DNA of 64,000 nucleotides from Bacteroidales bacterium. Its GTDB lineage: Bacteria; Bacteroidota; Bacteroidia; Bacteroidales; B39-G9. Every line of letters begins with the position of its first letter. The first letter of the stretch is position 1. Positions 32,311 to 41,316 of this stretch are shown piece by piece. The notes under the pieces were generated by a model that saw only the letters and a program-made list of their open reading frames with translations, made no database searches and was not told where the DNA came from. The stretch covers positions 8,015 through 72,014 of the forward strand of contig JAGLWK010000067.1 of the NCBI GenBank assembly GCA_023133485.1, read 5' to 3'. The position numbers and the translations under genes were made by a program.

Positions 32311-32437
32311 TGCCACAGATTCACAGATTTTATTAACCTGAAAAATAAATACTTTGAATTATTGTTCAACCTTAATTTATTAAGTATCTTTTTTTACAGT
32401 ATTTAAATTGTTCTTTAAAAATCTGTGAATCTGTGGC
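32311..32437. repeat. 21-bp perfect inverted repeat with an 85-bp spacer
   Basis: tgccacagattcacagatttt (32311-32331) is the reverse complement of aaaatctgtgaatctgtggca (32417-32437). It lies 77 bp upstream of the ferredoxin gene. Confidence 0.8.
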
Positions 32438-32513
32438 ATTTAAATAAAGCTTTTATTAATATTATTAACACTGATTAGTTACCTTACTTTTAATTTGTAT
32501 ATATTCACAAAAC

Positions 32514-33608
32514 ATGTCAAACAAAAATTCTATTATTTATTTTATGAGTGGAACCGGTAATTCGTACCGTGTTTCGGAATGGATAAAAGAAAATAACGAG
32601 AATAATGGAATAAAAACCAAAATAATATCAATTACCAAAAAAACTTCTAACAATATTGATAAAGACATTAAATATGATTTTTTGGGTATTGTTATGCCAA
32701 CTCATGGATTTACAGCACCATGGCTGATGATAAAATTTGTTACAAATCTCCCACGCGTTAAACAAACGAAGGCATTTGTAATTGCAACTCGGGCAGGAGG
32801 GAAGTTTGGTAAAGTTTATACTCCCGGGATATGCGGAACAGCTACCTTTATTATTTCAATTATTCTTGCTGTAAAAGGATATATCGTCAAGGGTGTTAAA
32901 AGTGTTGATATGCCATCTAACTGGATGTCTCTTCATCCTTCTTTTTCTTTAACTGCTTCTAAGGCAATAATTAACAGGACAAAACCAAAAGTTATAAATT
33001 TTGCTAATAAAATTATTGCTAATAAAAGAGTATGGATAACACTAAATAATCTTTATGAATTGATTTTTAGCATAGTGTTATTTCCAATATCTGTAGCATA
33101 TATTTGTTTAGGAAGATTTTTTCTTGCTAAGTTATTTTTCGCAAATGAAAAATGTAATGCTTGTGGAATTTGTGTTACAAACTGTCCTGTTAATGCAATA
33201 AAATTATCAAAGCGAAAAAAACCTTATCCTTTTTGGAAATATAATTGTGAAAGCTGTATGCGTTGTATGTGTTTTTGTCCTCAAAATGCGATTGAAGCAG
33301 GTCATTCGTGGGGAGTGATTTTATATTTTATAACAATGGTTCCTGTATCAATATATTTATTATCATGGTTGATAAACATATTTCCTGTTCTTGAAGTGTT
33401 TGATAATAAGTTGATTAGCGGTATAATTAATATAATATATTATTTTATGTCATTATTTATTTCATACTATTTATTTAATTTATTATTACGAATTCCAATA
33501 ATAAATAAACTGTTTACTTATACTACTTTTACTCATTATTATAAATTATATAGAGAACCTGACACAAAAGTTTCGGATTTTAAAAAGTATTGTAACCTGA
33601 ATAATTAA
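32514..33608 (+). CDS. EFR1-like ferredoxin: flavodoxin-like N-domain, 2x[4Fe-4S] domain and a C-terminal membrane segment
   Basis: N-terminus IIYFMSGTGNSYRV. Two cluster motifs, CNACGICVTNCP and CESCMRCMCFCP. Hydrophobic C-terminal helices. Confidence 0.7.
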   Translation: MSNKNSIIYFMSGTGNSYRVSEWIKENNENNGIKTKIISITKKTSNNIDKDIKYDFLGIVMPTHGFTAPWLMIKFVTNLPRVKQTKAFVIATRAGGKFGKVYTPGICGTATFIISIILAVKGYIVKGVKSVDMPSNWMSLHPSFSLTASKAIINRTKPKVINFANKIIANKRVWITLNNLYELIFSIVLFPISVAYICLGRFFLAKLFFANEKCNACGICVTNCPVNAIKLSKRKKPYPFWKYNCESCMRCMCFCPQNAIEAGHSWGVILYFITMVPVSIYLLSWLINIFPVLEVFDNKLISGIINIIYYFMSLFISYYLFNLLLRIPIINKLFTYTTFTHYYKLYREPDTKVSDFKKYCNLNN

Positions 33609-33660
33609 AGCTCTATGTTGTTTGTAGTGGGTAGTAATAAAATGCCTGCTCATTATAGAG

Positions 33661-33777
33661 ATTCAATATTCAACACTCAATACTCAACATTCAACATTCA
33701 ACACTCAACATTCAATACTCAACTCAACATTCAACATTCAATATTCAATACTCAACACTCAATATTCAACATACAAT
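33661..33777. repeat. Heptanucleotide microsatellite A(T/C)TCAA(T/C), about 17 units
   Basis: Read directly: attcaat attcaac actcaat actcaac attcaac attcaac actcaac ... Confidence 0.9.
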
Positions 33778-33816
33778 ATAACTTATTCTTATTGTAAAGT
33801 CAATAAATCTATCTTC

Positions 33817-34022
33817 CCTGCCTTGCCGGTCAATGTCAATAAGTTAACAGATTCCGCATCACCTGCCTGCCGGCAGGCAGGAGTGCGGAATGACAGGAGC
33901 TGTAAAAGGCACTTCTGCCTGTCATTCCTGCTAAAGCAGGAACTTTTCTCATGACCGAAGGGAGTAATCTTTTAGTTTGATAAAGCCTTAACTTATTGAC
34001 ATTGGCCTTGCCGGCAGGCAGG
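33817..34022. mobile_element. MITE-like palindromic element with terminal inverted repeats
   Basis: caatgtcaataagttaa (33831-33847) is inverted at 33988-34004 (ttaacttattgacattg). An internal long hairpin attccgca..cctgcctgcc/ggcaggcagg..tgcggaat lies at 33851-33891, together with a gtcattcctgctaaagcaggaa REP-type motif. Confidence 0.55.
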
Positions 34023-34488
34023 TAAATCAATTTTTTTCATTTTTTACTTGTTTATTGATTATTGTGTGTTGCTTATTGAATGTTTTTTCTATATATCATC
34101 AATATTTAATATCGAAATAATTATTACCCATCCTATTCGACATATAGCCATAATTAGTTTCGCATAGCACTTTGTGGTTCAAAAAACATAACAAATTGTA
34201 ACTTCTCAATAAGTTGTGGTAGATAATTATACTTCGACAGGACATATATTGTTGTTCTTATAATAATTAATAATCTTAGTATTAACAAAATAGATAATGT
34301 ACTATTATACCCGCTCAGCATATAAAACCGAACAATAGAACCCCGATACGCTCATATTTCGCTACGGGGCAGGCATTTGAACAATAGAATTAAGAATAGC
34401 GAAGTAAAAATTAATGAAAAGAAATTACGTAACTTGTGCCGCAAAATCACTAAGTTTTTTCAAAATTTATGAACTAATCAGGATAAAT

Positions 34489-35061
34489 ATGTTATTTGAT
34501 ATAATAAAGAAAAACAGAAGTTACAGAAGGTTTTACGAAAACCACAAAATAGAATATAAAATTTTAAAAGAATTAGTGGAACTTGCCCGATTATCGCCTT
34601 CTGCAAGAAATTTACAGCCTTTAAAATTTTATCTTTCATGTACGAAAGATATAAATGAAAAGATATTTCCGACACTTGGCTGGGCGGGATATTTAAAAAA
34701 TTGGGACGGACCAAAAGAAGGCGAAAGACCTTCTGCATATATTATTATTTTGGCTGATATTTCTATTTCAAAAAATGTTAAATGGGACGATGGAATAGCT
34801 GCACAAAGCATTTTGCTTGGTGCTGTTGAAAAGGAATTAGGCGGATGTATGATAGGTTCGGTTAAACGTGATGAATTAAAAAGTAAGTTAAATATTCCCG
34901 GATATTTTGAAATACTATTGGTAATTGCATTAGGAAAGCCAAAAGAAAAAGTTGTTATTGATACTATCAGCGAAAATGGAAGTATTTATTACTGGAGAGA
35001 TAAAGAGCAGGTTCACCATGTACCAAAAAGAAAATTAGATGAACTGATTGTACGGTTTTAG
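34489..35061 (+). CDS. Nitroreductase family protein
   Basis: MLFDIIKKNRSYRRF...ELARLSPSARNLQPLKF is the classic nitroreductase N-terminal signature. The longer ORF starting at 34414 adds a non-conserved leader. Confidence 0.85.
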   Translation: MLFDIIKKNRSYRRFYENHKIEYKILKELVELARLSPSARNLQPLKFYLSCTKDINEKIFPTLGWAGYLKNWDGPKEGERPSAYIIILADISISKNVKWDDGIAAQSILLGAVEKELGGCMIGSVKRDELKSKLNIPGYFEILLVIALGKPKEKVVIDTISENGSIYYWRDKEQVHHVPKRKLDELIVRF

Positions 35062-35218
35062 TGTTTTCTGATTAATGATAAAGTGTATCGTACTAAAAAA
35101 GTTTACTGTTAATGTTTAAATCTTTGCTAAGTGGAATTTATAAATTATGCTTAGATGAGGAGAGGCGTACTGACGGTTATTTGATTGTCAGTTGCCTACT
35201 TGGTTGTATGCCGTAATT

Positions 35219-37693
35219 TTAGAATTGGTACCCTAATAAAAAATATAATTTTCTTATTACTGAATTTAGACTTGGATAAATAGACATGCCATTCCCTCTT
35301 TCATATCTAAGTTCAAGCGAATAATTTTTATATATAGTACCTAACCCAAAAATATATCCTTGTTCATATTTTCGGATTTCTTCTATAGCTTTATCTTCTT
35401 TAATATTTAGACTACCGGATAACATTGTTTCTTTTTTTAAATAATTTTTTTCAGCAATTACTAATCCGTTAGACAAACCAATATTGAAATAAAGCAATAT
35501 ATTATTCTCGGAATATTGATAACGAAACATGTTATTCATCTTTATATAAGAATATCCAATAATTGTATTAAAAATTTCGTAATTACTTGAATTATAAATG
35601 TTTTTATATTTTCCTTCAACTTTATATGAGGTGTAAAATAGCTCATTATATGAAGACCAACGATTAAGTTTATTCCTAGGAACAAATAAATCGAAATATA
35701 TACCTGTAGAAAAGTTAAAAGATTTAGGATAATCAGTATTCACAAGATAAGTAAGTGAATAACCTTTAAATTGCACAGAACTTATTGACATTCCTGCAAC
35801 TATACCAATTTTTACGAATATTTTTTCTTGATTATCACTAGAATTCAATTTTAAATCACATGCTTGATAAAACGCAAATAGCTTCTTCAAGCTTTCTTTA
35901 TCATACTTAACCTTACTCAATCTTGAATGAATTGATTGACAATCATTAAGATATGAAAGTAATTGACCAACAAATTTCTTATTCTCTACTATATTTGATT
36001 TCCCATTAATTTTCTTTAGATACTTTTTATATTCCAATAGTTCAAATTGATTATTTTGTTTTATAAAAAAATTATTTTCGCCATTATTGTTTTTACAATA
36101 GTACAAACTTTTTTCACCCAGCACCAATGTTTGTAAAAAAACTGTGTCAATTTCAAAATGAAATTTTGGATTATATTCTAGCTTATTTATGTTTTGGGTA
36201 CTATTTTCTCTTTTTACAATAGAACTAACATAAATATTACCTTGTGCACGAAACAACTTAATATCATCAGGTGAATAAGACACCTTTTCATCATTAATAT
36301 CATACTGAAAGTTTATTTCTTTAGGATTATTCTCCCAATTTCGATAATCAATAAATCCTTGTAAAGTATCACCATTTTTAGAAATAATAATCCCTTCAAC
36401 GACTTCAGATTCTCTTGATAATATCTCTGGTTTTCTTTGAAATTTAATCTTAGATTTTGTATTTACATGATAAAATGTAAACAGTTCTTTCATACTCCTC
36501 TTTTCATACTTAACTTTATTCAATCTTGAACGAATTGATTGACAATCATTAAGATATAAAAGTAGTTGACCAACAAATTTCTTATTCTCTACTATATTTA
36601 ATTTTCCATTAATTTTCTTTAAATATTTTTTATATTCCAATAGTTCAAATTGATTATTTTGTTTTATATAAAAATTATCTTCGCCATTATTATTTTTACA
36701 ATAGTATAAACTTTTTTCACCTTGCACCAATGTTTGTAAAAAAACTGTGTCAATTTCAAAATGAAATTTTGGATTATATTCTAGCTTATTTATGTTTTGA
36801 GTACTGTTTTCTCTTTTTACAACAGCACTAACATAAACTTCATTTTGTCCTTGAAACAGCATAATATCTCTAGGTGAATAGAGAACCATATAACCATAAA
36901 TATTCTCCTGAAAGTTTATTTCTTTAGGATTATTCTCCCAATTATGATAATCAATAAACCCTTGTAAAATTTTACCATTAATAAAAACAATAATTCCTTT
37001 AACGGCTTCAGATTCTTTTGATAATACTTCTGGATTTCTTTGAAATTTGATTTTAGATTTTGTACATGCATGATAAAAAATAAACAGTTCCTTCATACTC
37101 CTCTTTTCATACTCAACTTTACTCAATCTTGAATGAATTGATTGACAATCATTAAGATATGAAAGTAATTGACCAACAAATTTCTTATTCTCTACTATAT
37201 TTGATTTCCCATTAATTTTCTTTAGATACTTTTTATATTCCAATAGTTCAAATTGGTTATTTTGTTTTATATAAAAATTATCTTCGCCATTATTGTTTTT
37301 ACAATAGTACAAACTTTTTTCACCCAGCACCAATGTTTGTAAAAAAACTGTGTCAATTTCAAAATGAAATTTTGGATTATATTCTAGCTTATTTATGTTT
37401 TGGGTACTGTTTTCTCTTTTTACAACAGAACTAACATAAATATCATCTTGTACACGAAACAGCTTAATATCATTAGGTGAATAAGACACCTTTTCACCAT
37501 TAATATCATACTGAAAGTTTATTTCGTTAGGTTTATTCTCCCAATTTCGATAATCAATAAATCCTTGTACAGTATCACCATTTAAGCTAATAATAAATCC
37601 AGACAAATAATTTTCTTGGCAAAATGATGTTTGGAATATAAAAATTACAAAAATTGTTAATGCAATTCTTTCAAAGAGATTTTTTGTTTGCAT
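35219..37693 (-). CDS. Outer-membrane protein with a triplicated 201-aa N-terminal module and a C-terminal beta-barrel-like domain
   Basis: Signal peptide, then three near-identical 201-aa units, then a beta-rich C-terminus ending ...YFLLGYQF (terminal Phe). Confidence 0.8.
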   Translation of the reverse strand: MQTKNLFERIALTIFVIFIFQTSFCQENYLSGFIISLNGDTVQGFIDYRNWENKPNEINFQYDINGEKVSYSPNDIKLFRVQDDIYVSSVVKRENSTQNINKLEYNPKFHFEIDTVFLQTLVLGEKSLYYCKNNNGEDNFYIKQNNQFELLEYKKYLKKINGKSNIVENKKFVGQLLSYLNDCQSIHSRLSKVEYEKRSMKELFIFYHACTKSKIKFQRNPEVLSKESEAVKGIIVFINGKILQGFIDYHNWENNPKEINFQENIYGYMVLYSPRDIMLFQGQNEVYVSAVVKRENSTQNINKLEYNPKFHFEIDTVFLQTLVQGEKSLYYCKNNNGEDNFYIKQNNQFELLEYKKYLKKINGKLNIVENKKFVGQLLLYLNDCQSIRSRLNKVKYEKRSMKELFTFYHVNTKSKIKFQRKPEILSRESEVVEGIIISKNGDTLQGFIDYRNWENNPKEINFQYDINDEKVSYSPDDIKLFRAQGNIYVSSIVKRENSTQNINKLEYNPKFHFEIDTVFLQTLVLGEKSLYYCKNNNGENNFFIKQNNQFELLEYKKYLKKINGKSNIVENKKFVGQLLSYLNDCQSIHSRLSKVKYDKESLKKLFAFYQACDLKLNSSDNQEKIFVKIGIVAGMSISSVQFKGYSLTYLVNTDYPKSFNFSTGIYFDLFVPRNKLNRWSSYNELFYTSYKVEGKYKNIYNSSNYEIFNTIIGYSYIKMNNMFRYQYSENNILLYFNIGLSNGLVIAEKNYLKKETMLSGSLNIKEDKAIEEIRKYEQGYIFGLGTIYKNYSLELRYERGNGMSIYPSLNSVIRKLYFLLGYQF
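35807..37615 (-). repeat. Three tandem 603-bp coding repeats
   Basis: tcaatcttgaa(t/c)gaattgattgacaatcattaagata recurs at 35917, 36520 and 37123, an exact 603-bp period. Copies 1 and 3 are about 95% identical by eye. Confidence 0.9.
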
Positions 37694-37860
37694 ATGTTTT
37701 TTTGTTTTATTGTAACTAACATTAAAATTTTTTGTTTTTAATCTGTATCTCTTTAATCATAGCCTGTGTGAAAATATTTCACTTCAAAATTTCTAAAAAT
37801 CCCCTAAAATTTTCACGTTTGCTTGAGAAATTAATCGGTTTTTCTAATGTGAGGAATGCG

Positions 37861-37930
37861 CCATAACATTTGAATATATCGAAGAATAGATGTATTTCTC
37901 TTATACGATAAATCAAAATGTTTTTTTAAC
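37861..37930. repeat. Intergenic repeat, D-type copy D1 (short)
   Basis: ccataacatttgaatatatcgaagaatagatgtatttctcttatacgataaatcaaaatg aligns with the D copies at 41111, 45528, 46694 and 61256. Confidence 0.75.
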
Positions 37931-37967
37931 CTATGTCGTCTTGAACGTAACTATTTTCAGAGATTCC

Positions 37968-38798
37968 CTAAAGCAATTTAATTCCATCTTCGTTTATTTC
38001 CACAATCTTTTGCTTATATAAATTTCCCAAACTTTTTTTGAAGGCTTTTTTACTCAAGCCCAATATTTGTTTTATATCTTCAGGACTGCTTTTATCTGTC
38101 AAATTCAGGAAACCATCGTTTTTTTTTGTTGCCGAAATAATAATATCGGAATTTTTATCAATGTTGCTTTTGTAACCTATGGGTTCTAAAAGAATGTCTA
38201 TTTTTCCATCTTCTCTTACTTGCTTTACGTATCCTTTTATTTTATCTCCGGGATTAATGTTTTTATGAATGTCTGATTTAAAAATTAAACCTTTATACAT
38301 GTTGTTAACAATTGCATTCATTCCTAATTCGGTCATGTTGTAAAGTAAAAGGTCAACTTCATCTCCTTGATTTACATTTATTTCGTTAAAAATCACAAAT
38401 TCATTCTCTTTGCTTGAACCAATTAATCGTTCGGTTTGTTCATCAATTAGCAGAAAAATTAAATACCAATTTCCTTCCTCCATTTTTTCTGATTGCTCGG
38501 CATATGGAACCATTAAATCTTTTGGTAATCCCCAGTCCATAAAAGCTCCGTACTGATTAACTTCTTTTACTTGTAAAAAAGCAAATTCTTCAAGTTGAAC
38601 ATAAGGCTTTAAGGTTGTTGCAACAATACGATCTTCAGAGTCTTTATAAATAAAAACTTCTATTTCGTTTGAAATTTTCATATCATCAGTTACGTAAGCA
38701 TTTGGTAAAAGCACTTCGTTGTTAGCGTTATCTATTAAATAATAGCCAAAATCAGATGCTCTGGCAACTGTAAGTTTGTTAATTTTTCCAATTTTCAT
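37968..38798 (-). CDS. cvfB: CvfB/YitL-family S1-like RNA-binding protein
   Basis: MKIGKINKLTVARASDFGYYLID..EVLLP, then repeated S1-like modules (..QYGAFMDWGLPKDLMVP) and a C-terminal wHTH-like tail. The start is taken at MKIGK; the ORF track extends it to 38882. Confidence 0.75.
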   Translation of the reverse strand: MKIGKINKLTVARASDFGYYLIDNANNEVLLPNAYVTDDMKISNEIEVFIYKDSEDRIVATTLKPYVQLEEFAFLQVKEVNQYGAFMDWGLPKDLMVPYAEQSEKMEEGNWYLIFLLIDEQTERLIGSSKENEFVIFNEINVNQGDEVDLLLYNMTELGMNAIVNNMYKGLIFKSDIHKNINPGDKIKGYVKQVREDGKIDILLEPIGYKSNIDKNSDIIISATKKNDGFLNLTDKSSPEDIKQILGLSKKAFKKSLGNLYKQKIVEINEDGIKLL

Positions 38799-39074
38799 AA
38801 GTGATACAAATGTATGCAATATTTTCGATTTATAGCAATAACAGGAAGTAGGGTTTTTTGAACTAAAAATCATGAAAACCAAAAAGGAAATTAGATGAGT
38901 TGATAGTATGATTTTAGTATTTTTATTGAAAGGTAAGTATATGAATTGTAGGTGATTGGGTGCAAATCACCTGACAGGTTACACAAAGTTGGAAGCGAGT
39001 TAATACACTTGAAAAACCTACTTTCACACCTGTTTTTTTTTATACATTATTGGGCACAGTTTTTATTCAGGATT

Positions 39075-39953
39075 CTATTTTATAATTTTTTTTTTAGAAG
39101 ATGGAAGAATTGAAAATTCATCAGATTCTCTTAATAGTTCGGAATTATTCCAAATTCTATTTAATGCCTCCATATACCCATAAGCGATACTTCGTGAGTC
39201 AAAATCTTCGAATAAATATCCTGGCACTTCAGCAGAATAAAAGCCATTAATATACGGAACTATGTAAGCGTCTCTATCATCTCGCTCAATATCAAAAAAG
39301 TATCCTCTAAAATATGGAATAGTTCTCAATATTCGTATTTCAAAATTACCCTTATTTGGCGAAATGATATTCTCCGAACGGTTTTTAATTTCAATAAGCT
39401 GAATCATTGCTCCTTCCATTCTACGTATTGTTGATAAAATATTTGAATTGTTATCATTCGAAATTACTCTTATCAAACTTGTATCCTTACAACCTGTAAT
39501 TAGAAAATTTATGTTTACACCTTCTCTAATTTTATCAAGAAGTAATTGATTTTTATCAATTGCAGTTATATGGAAATTATGACCTATGAACCAAATTGAC
39601 TGTTTAGATTCGTTTATCTTGATATTCAATTTTTCACCAAGAAAATCATTTGATTTTTCAATTTTTTCTTTATAAGGGGATTTCAATTTTACTAAATCTC
39701 TGTAAAAAACAAATATAGTAATTATTACGACCAAAAATAATGATAAAATTACTGAATTAAAACGATGGGCAATGCATTTGTTATAAAAAACAATAGACAC
39801 AATTAGAAGTACAGAACTAGTTAAGATTACAATTTGGTTTTGAGTCCAAGGTATAACTAGTGCAATTATAGGAACAACACAAGTATATCCCAAGATTATA
39901 CCAATTTCTTTAATTATTTTCATCATGTTTATTGTTTTTATTAAGAATTTCAT
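39075..39953 (-). CDS. Hypothetical membrane protein (3 N-terminal TM helices plus a cytoplasmic alpha/beta domain)
   Basis: Hydrophobic N-terminal ~90 aa. The C-domain (SIWFIGHNFHIT...VNINFLITG...YFRGYFFDIERDDRDAYIVPY) loosely resembles PLD-like/DUF5919-type folds, but no HKD motif was seen. Confidence 0.6.
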   Translation of the reverse strand: MKFLIKTINMMKIIKEIGIILGYTCVVPIIALVIPWTQNQIVILTSSVLLIVSIVFYNKCIAHRFNSVILSLFLVVIITIFVFYRDLVKLKSPYKEKIEKSNDFLGEKLNIKINESKQSIWFIGHNFHITAIDKNQLLLDKIREGVNINFLITGCKDTSLIRVISNDNNSNILSTIRRMEGAMIQLIEIKNRSENIISPNKGNFEIRILRTIPYFRGYFFDIERDDRDAYIVPYINGFYSAEVPGYLFEDFDSRSIAYGYMEALNRIWNNSELLRESDEFSILPSSKKKIIK

Positions 39954-40100
39954 TTTTAGTTATATGTCCAATCTTTTTAGATTTAAAATTATGACTAATG
40001 TCAAATTTTATTGTTGATTATCAGTATTTTATATTTTTTTAAAACTTATCAATTTTTACTTACTTTTCTCCACATTTTTGACGTTTGCTTTGATAAGCAG

Positions 40101-40294
40101 TTGGCATAACAATTTTTCCTGCAAAATAGTAAATTCTTTTATCTTATTTTTTCTCATTTATAAAATGTTGAATAACAAATTTAATAATATAAAAAAGCGT
40201 AATTACAAAGCTAACTACCGTCAGACAAATTTCTGCTTAACTGAGTGTACTGGCGGTTATTTGATTGTAAGCCGTTTACTTGATTGTGCATAGT
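40101..40294. repeat. Intergenic mosaic repeat, A/B-type copy (degenerate), plus the E module
   Basis: ttggcataacaatttttcctgcaaaatagtaaa and tttataaaatgttgaataacaaattt match copies at 56411, 60181 and 62209. gtactggcggttatttgattgtaagccgtttacttgattgtg matches 35166-35218. Confidence 0.75.
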
Positions 40295-41089
40295 TTAGTT
40301 AATGTTATGAATATAAAACGTTATTGATTTTTTATCTTTCAAAACCCCTAAACCTGCACCATAACTAACTTTAAAGCTTTTGCCTACTAATTCTTTTAAA
40401 TCTGAAGCAATCTGTTCGGCATGAATTTTTGATGATTTACTATAATAAAAAACTGTTGATTCACCTGCCATCCAAGATTGCTTGTAAGAGTAATCATATT
40501 CAGAGTCAAAATAGAAATTATTTTCTGTTATGTATTTTTTAATTAGCTTTTTTTCTTTTTCGTTAGGCTTTAGACTATATAATCCAATTATAAAAGGTTC
40601 GTTTATCGATACATCTTGTTTTTTAACGCTTAATTCTTTTTGTAAGTTTTCTTTTTCGTTTTGGAGTTCTATCAACTCTGTTTGTATAATCTCTTTTAAT
40701 GAATCTACCTTATTTTGATATTCATTTTCGTTTTGTTTTGTAATTAGGTTTATTTTCATATTTAAAGAGTCCATTTTCATTTGTACATTCAGGGCTTTGG
40801 TTTCTATCATTTTGAATTCTGAATTGACCAAATGAAAATATTCTGTCCACCTTTCACGGTATTCATCAGAAACTGAAACAGTTTTAAAATACTCCGCAAA
40901 TCTTTTTCGTACTCCAACATCTTCTCTTAATGCAATTTCTACATATTTACCTATTTGTTCTGATTCTTTGATAGCAATTTCTCTACTTTCAAATCCAGAA
41001 TTTATAACTAAGCTTATAAAACCAATAAGAAAAGTTCCTAAAAAAAATTTACCAAATTCAAGCCAAAGTTTTAATTTTTCTTTTTCCAT
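40295..41089 (-). CDS. Hypothetical membrane-anchored coiled-coil protein
   Basis: N-terminal TM (FLGTFLIGFISLVI), a long heptad-rich central region, and a C-terminal ~90 aa (TVFYYSKSSKIHAEQIASDLKELVG) that looks faintly like LytR_C. Confidence 0.55.
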   Translation of the reverse strand: MEKEKLKLWLEFGKFFLGTFLIGFISLVINSGFESREIAIKESEQIGKYVEIALREDVGVRKRFAEYFKTVSVSDEYRERWTEYFHLVNSEFKMIETKALNVQMKMDSLNMKINLITKQNENEYQNKVDSLKEIIQTELIELQNEKENLQKELSVKKQDVSINEPFIIGLYSLKPNEKEKKLIKKYITENNFYFDSEYDYSYKQSWMAGESTVFYYSKSSKIHAEQIASDLKELVGKSFKVSYGAGLGVLKDKKSITFYIHNIN

Positions 41090-41110
41090 GTAAGTCGATT
41101 TAAATTATTT

Positions 41111-41305
41111 ACAACATCTTAATATATCAAAAAGTAAATACATTTCTTTTATATAATAAATCCAAATATTTTTTAACTTTTTCTGTTTTAGTTAGTTATA
41201 TAATTTATTATTATTAATCATATTCAAATATAATATTTTTTCTCATTTATAAAATGTCGAATTGCAAACCTGACTGCCGTCAGGCAGGTTTCTGCATAGC
41301 CGGTG
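41111..41305. repeat. Intergenic repeat, D-type copy D2, with a CCTGACTGCCGTCAGGCAGG hairpin
   Basis: acaacatcttaatatatcaaaaagtaaatacatttcttttatataataaatccaaatatttttta...catattcaaata... then aacctgactgccgtcaggcaggtt. Confidence 0.8.
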
Positions 41306-41316
41306 CTTCATGAGTT

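Noticed and set aside
33615-34030. ORFs 33615..33797 (+) and 33836..34030 (-).
   Set aside because: The first is a translation of the heptamer microsatellite (FNTQYSTFNIQHS...). The second reads through the CCTGCC/GGCAGG palindromes (..LPAGRQV..). They are repeat artefacts.
40078-40293. ORFs lying in intergenic repeats: 40078..40293 (+), 48050..48313 (+), 59427..59612 (-), 59955..60176 (-) and 15094..15282 (+).
   Set aside because: They are composed of repeat modules or AT-rich spacer, are of low complexity, and lack signal or domain features. Equivalent repeat copies elsewhere are not open in the same frame.
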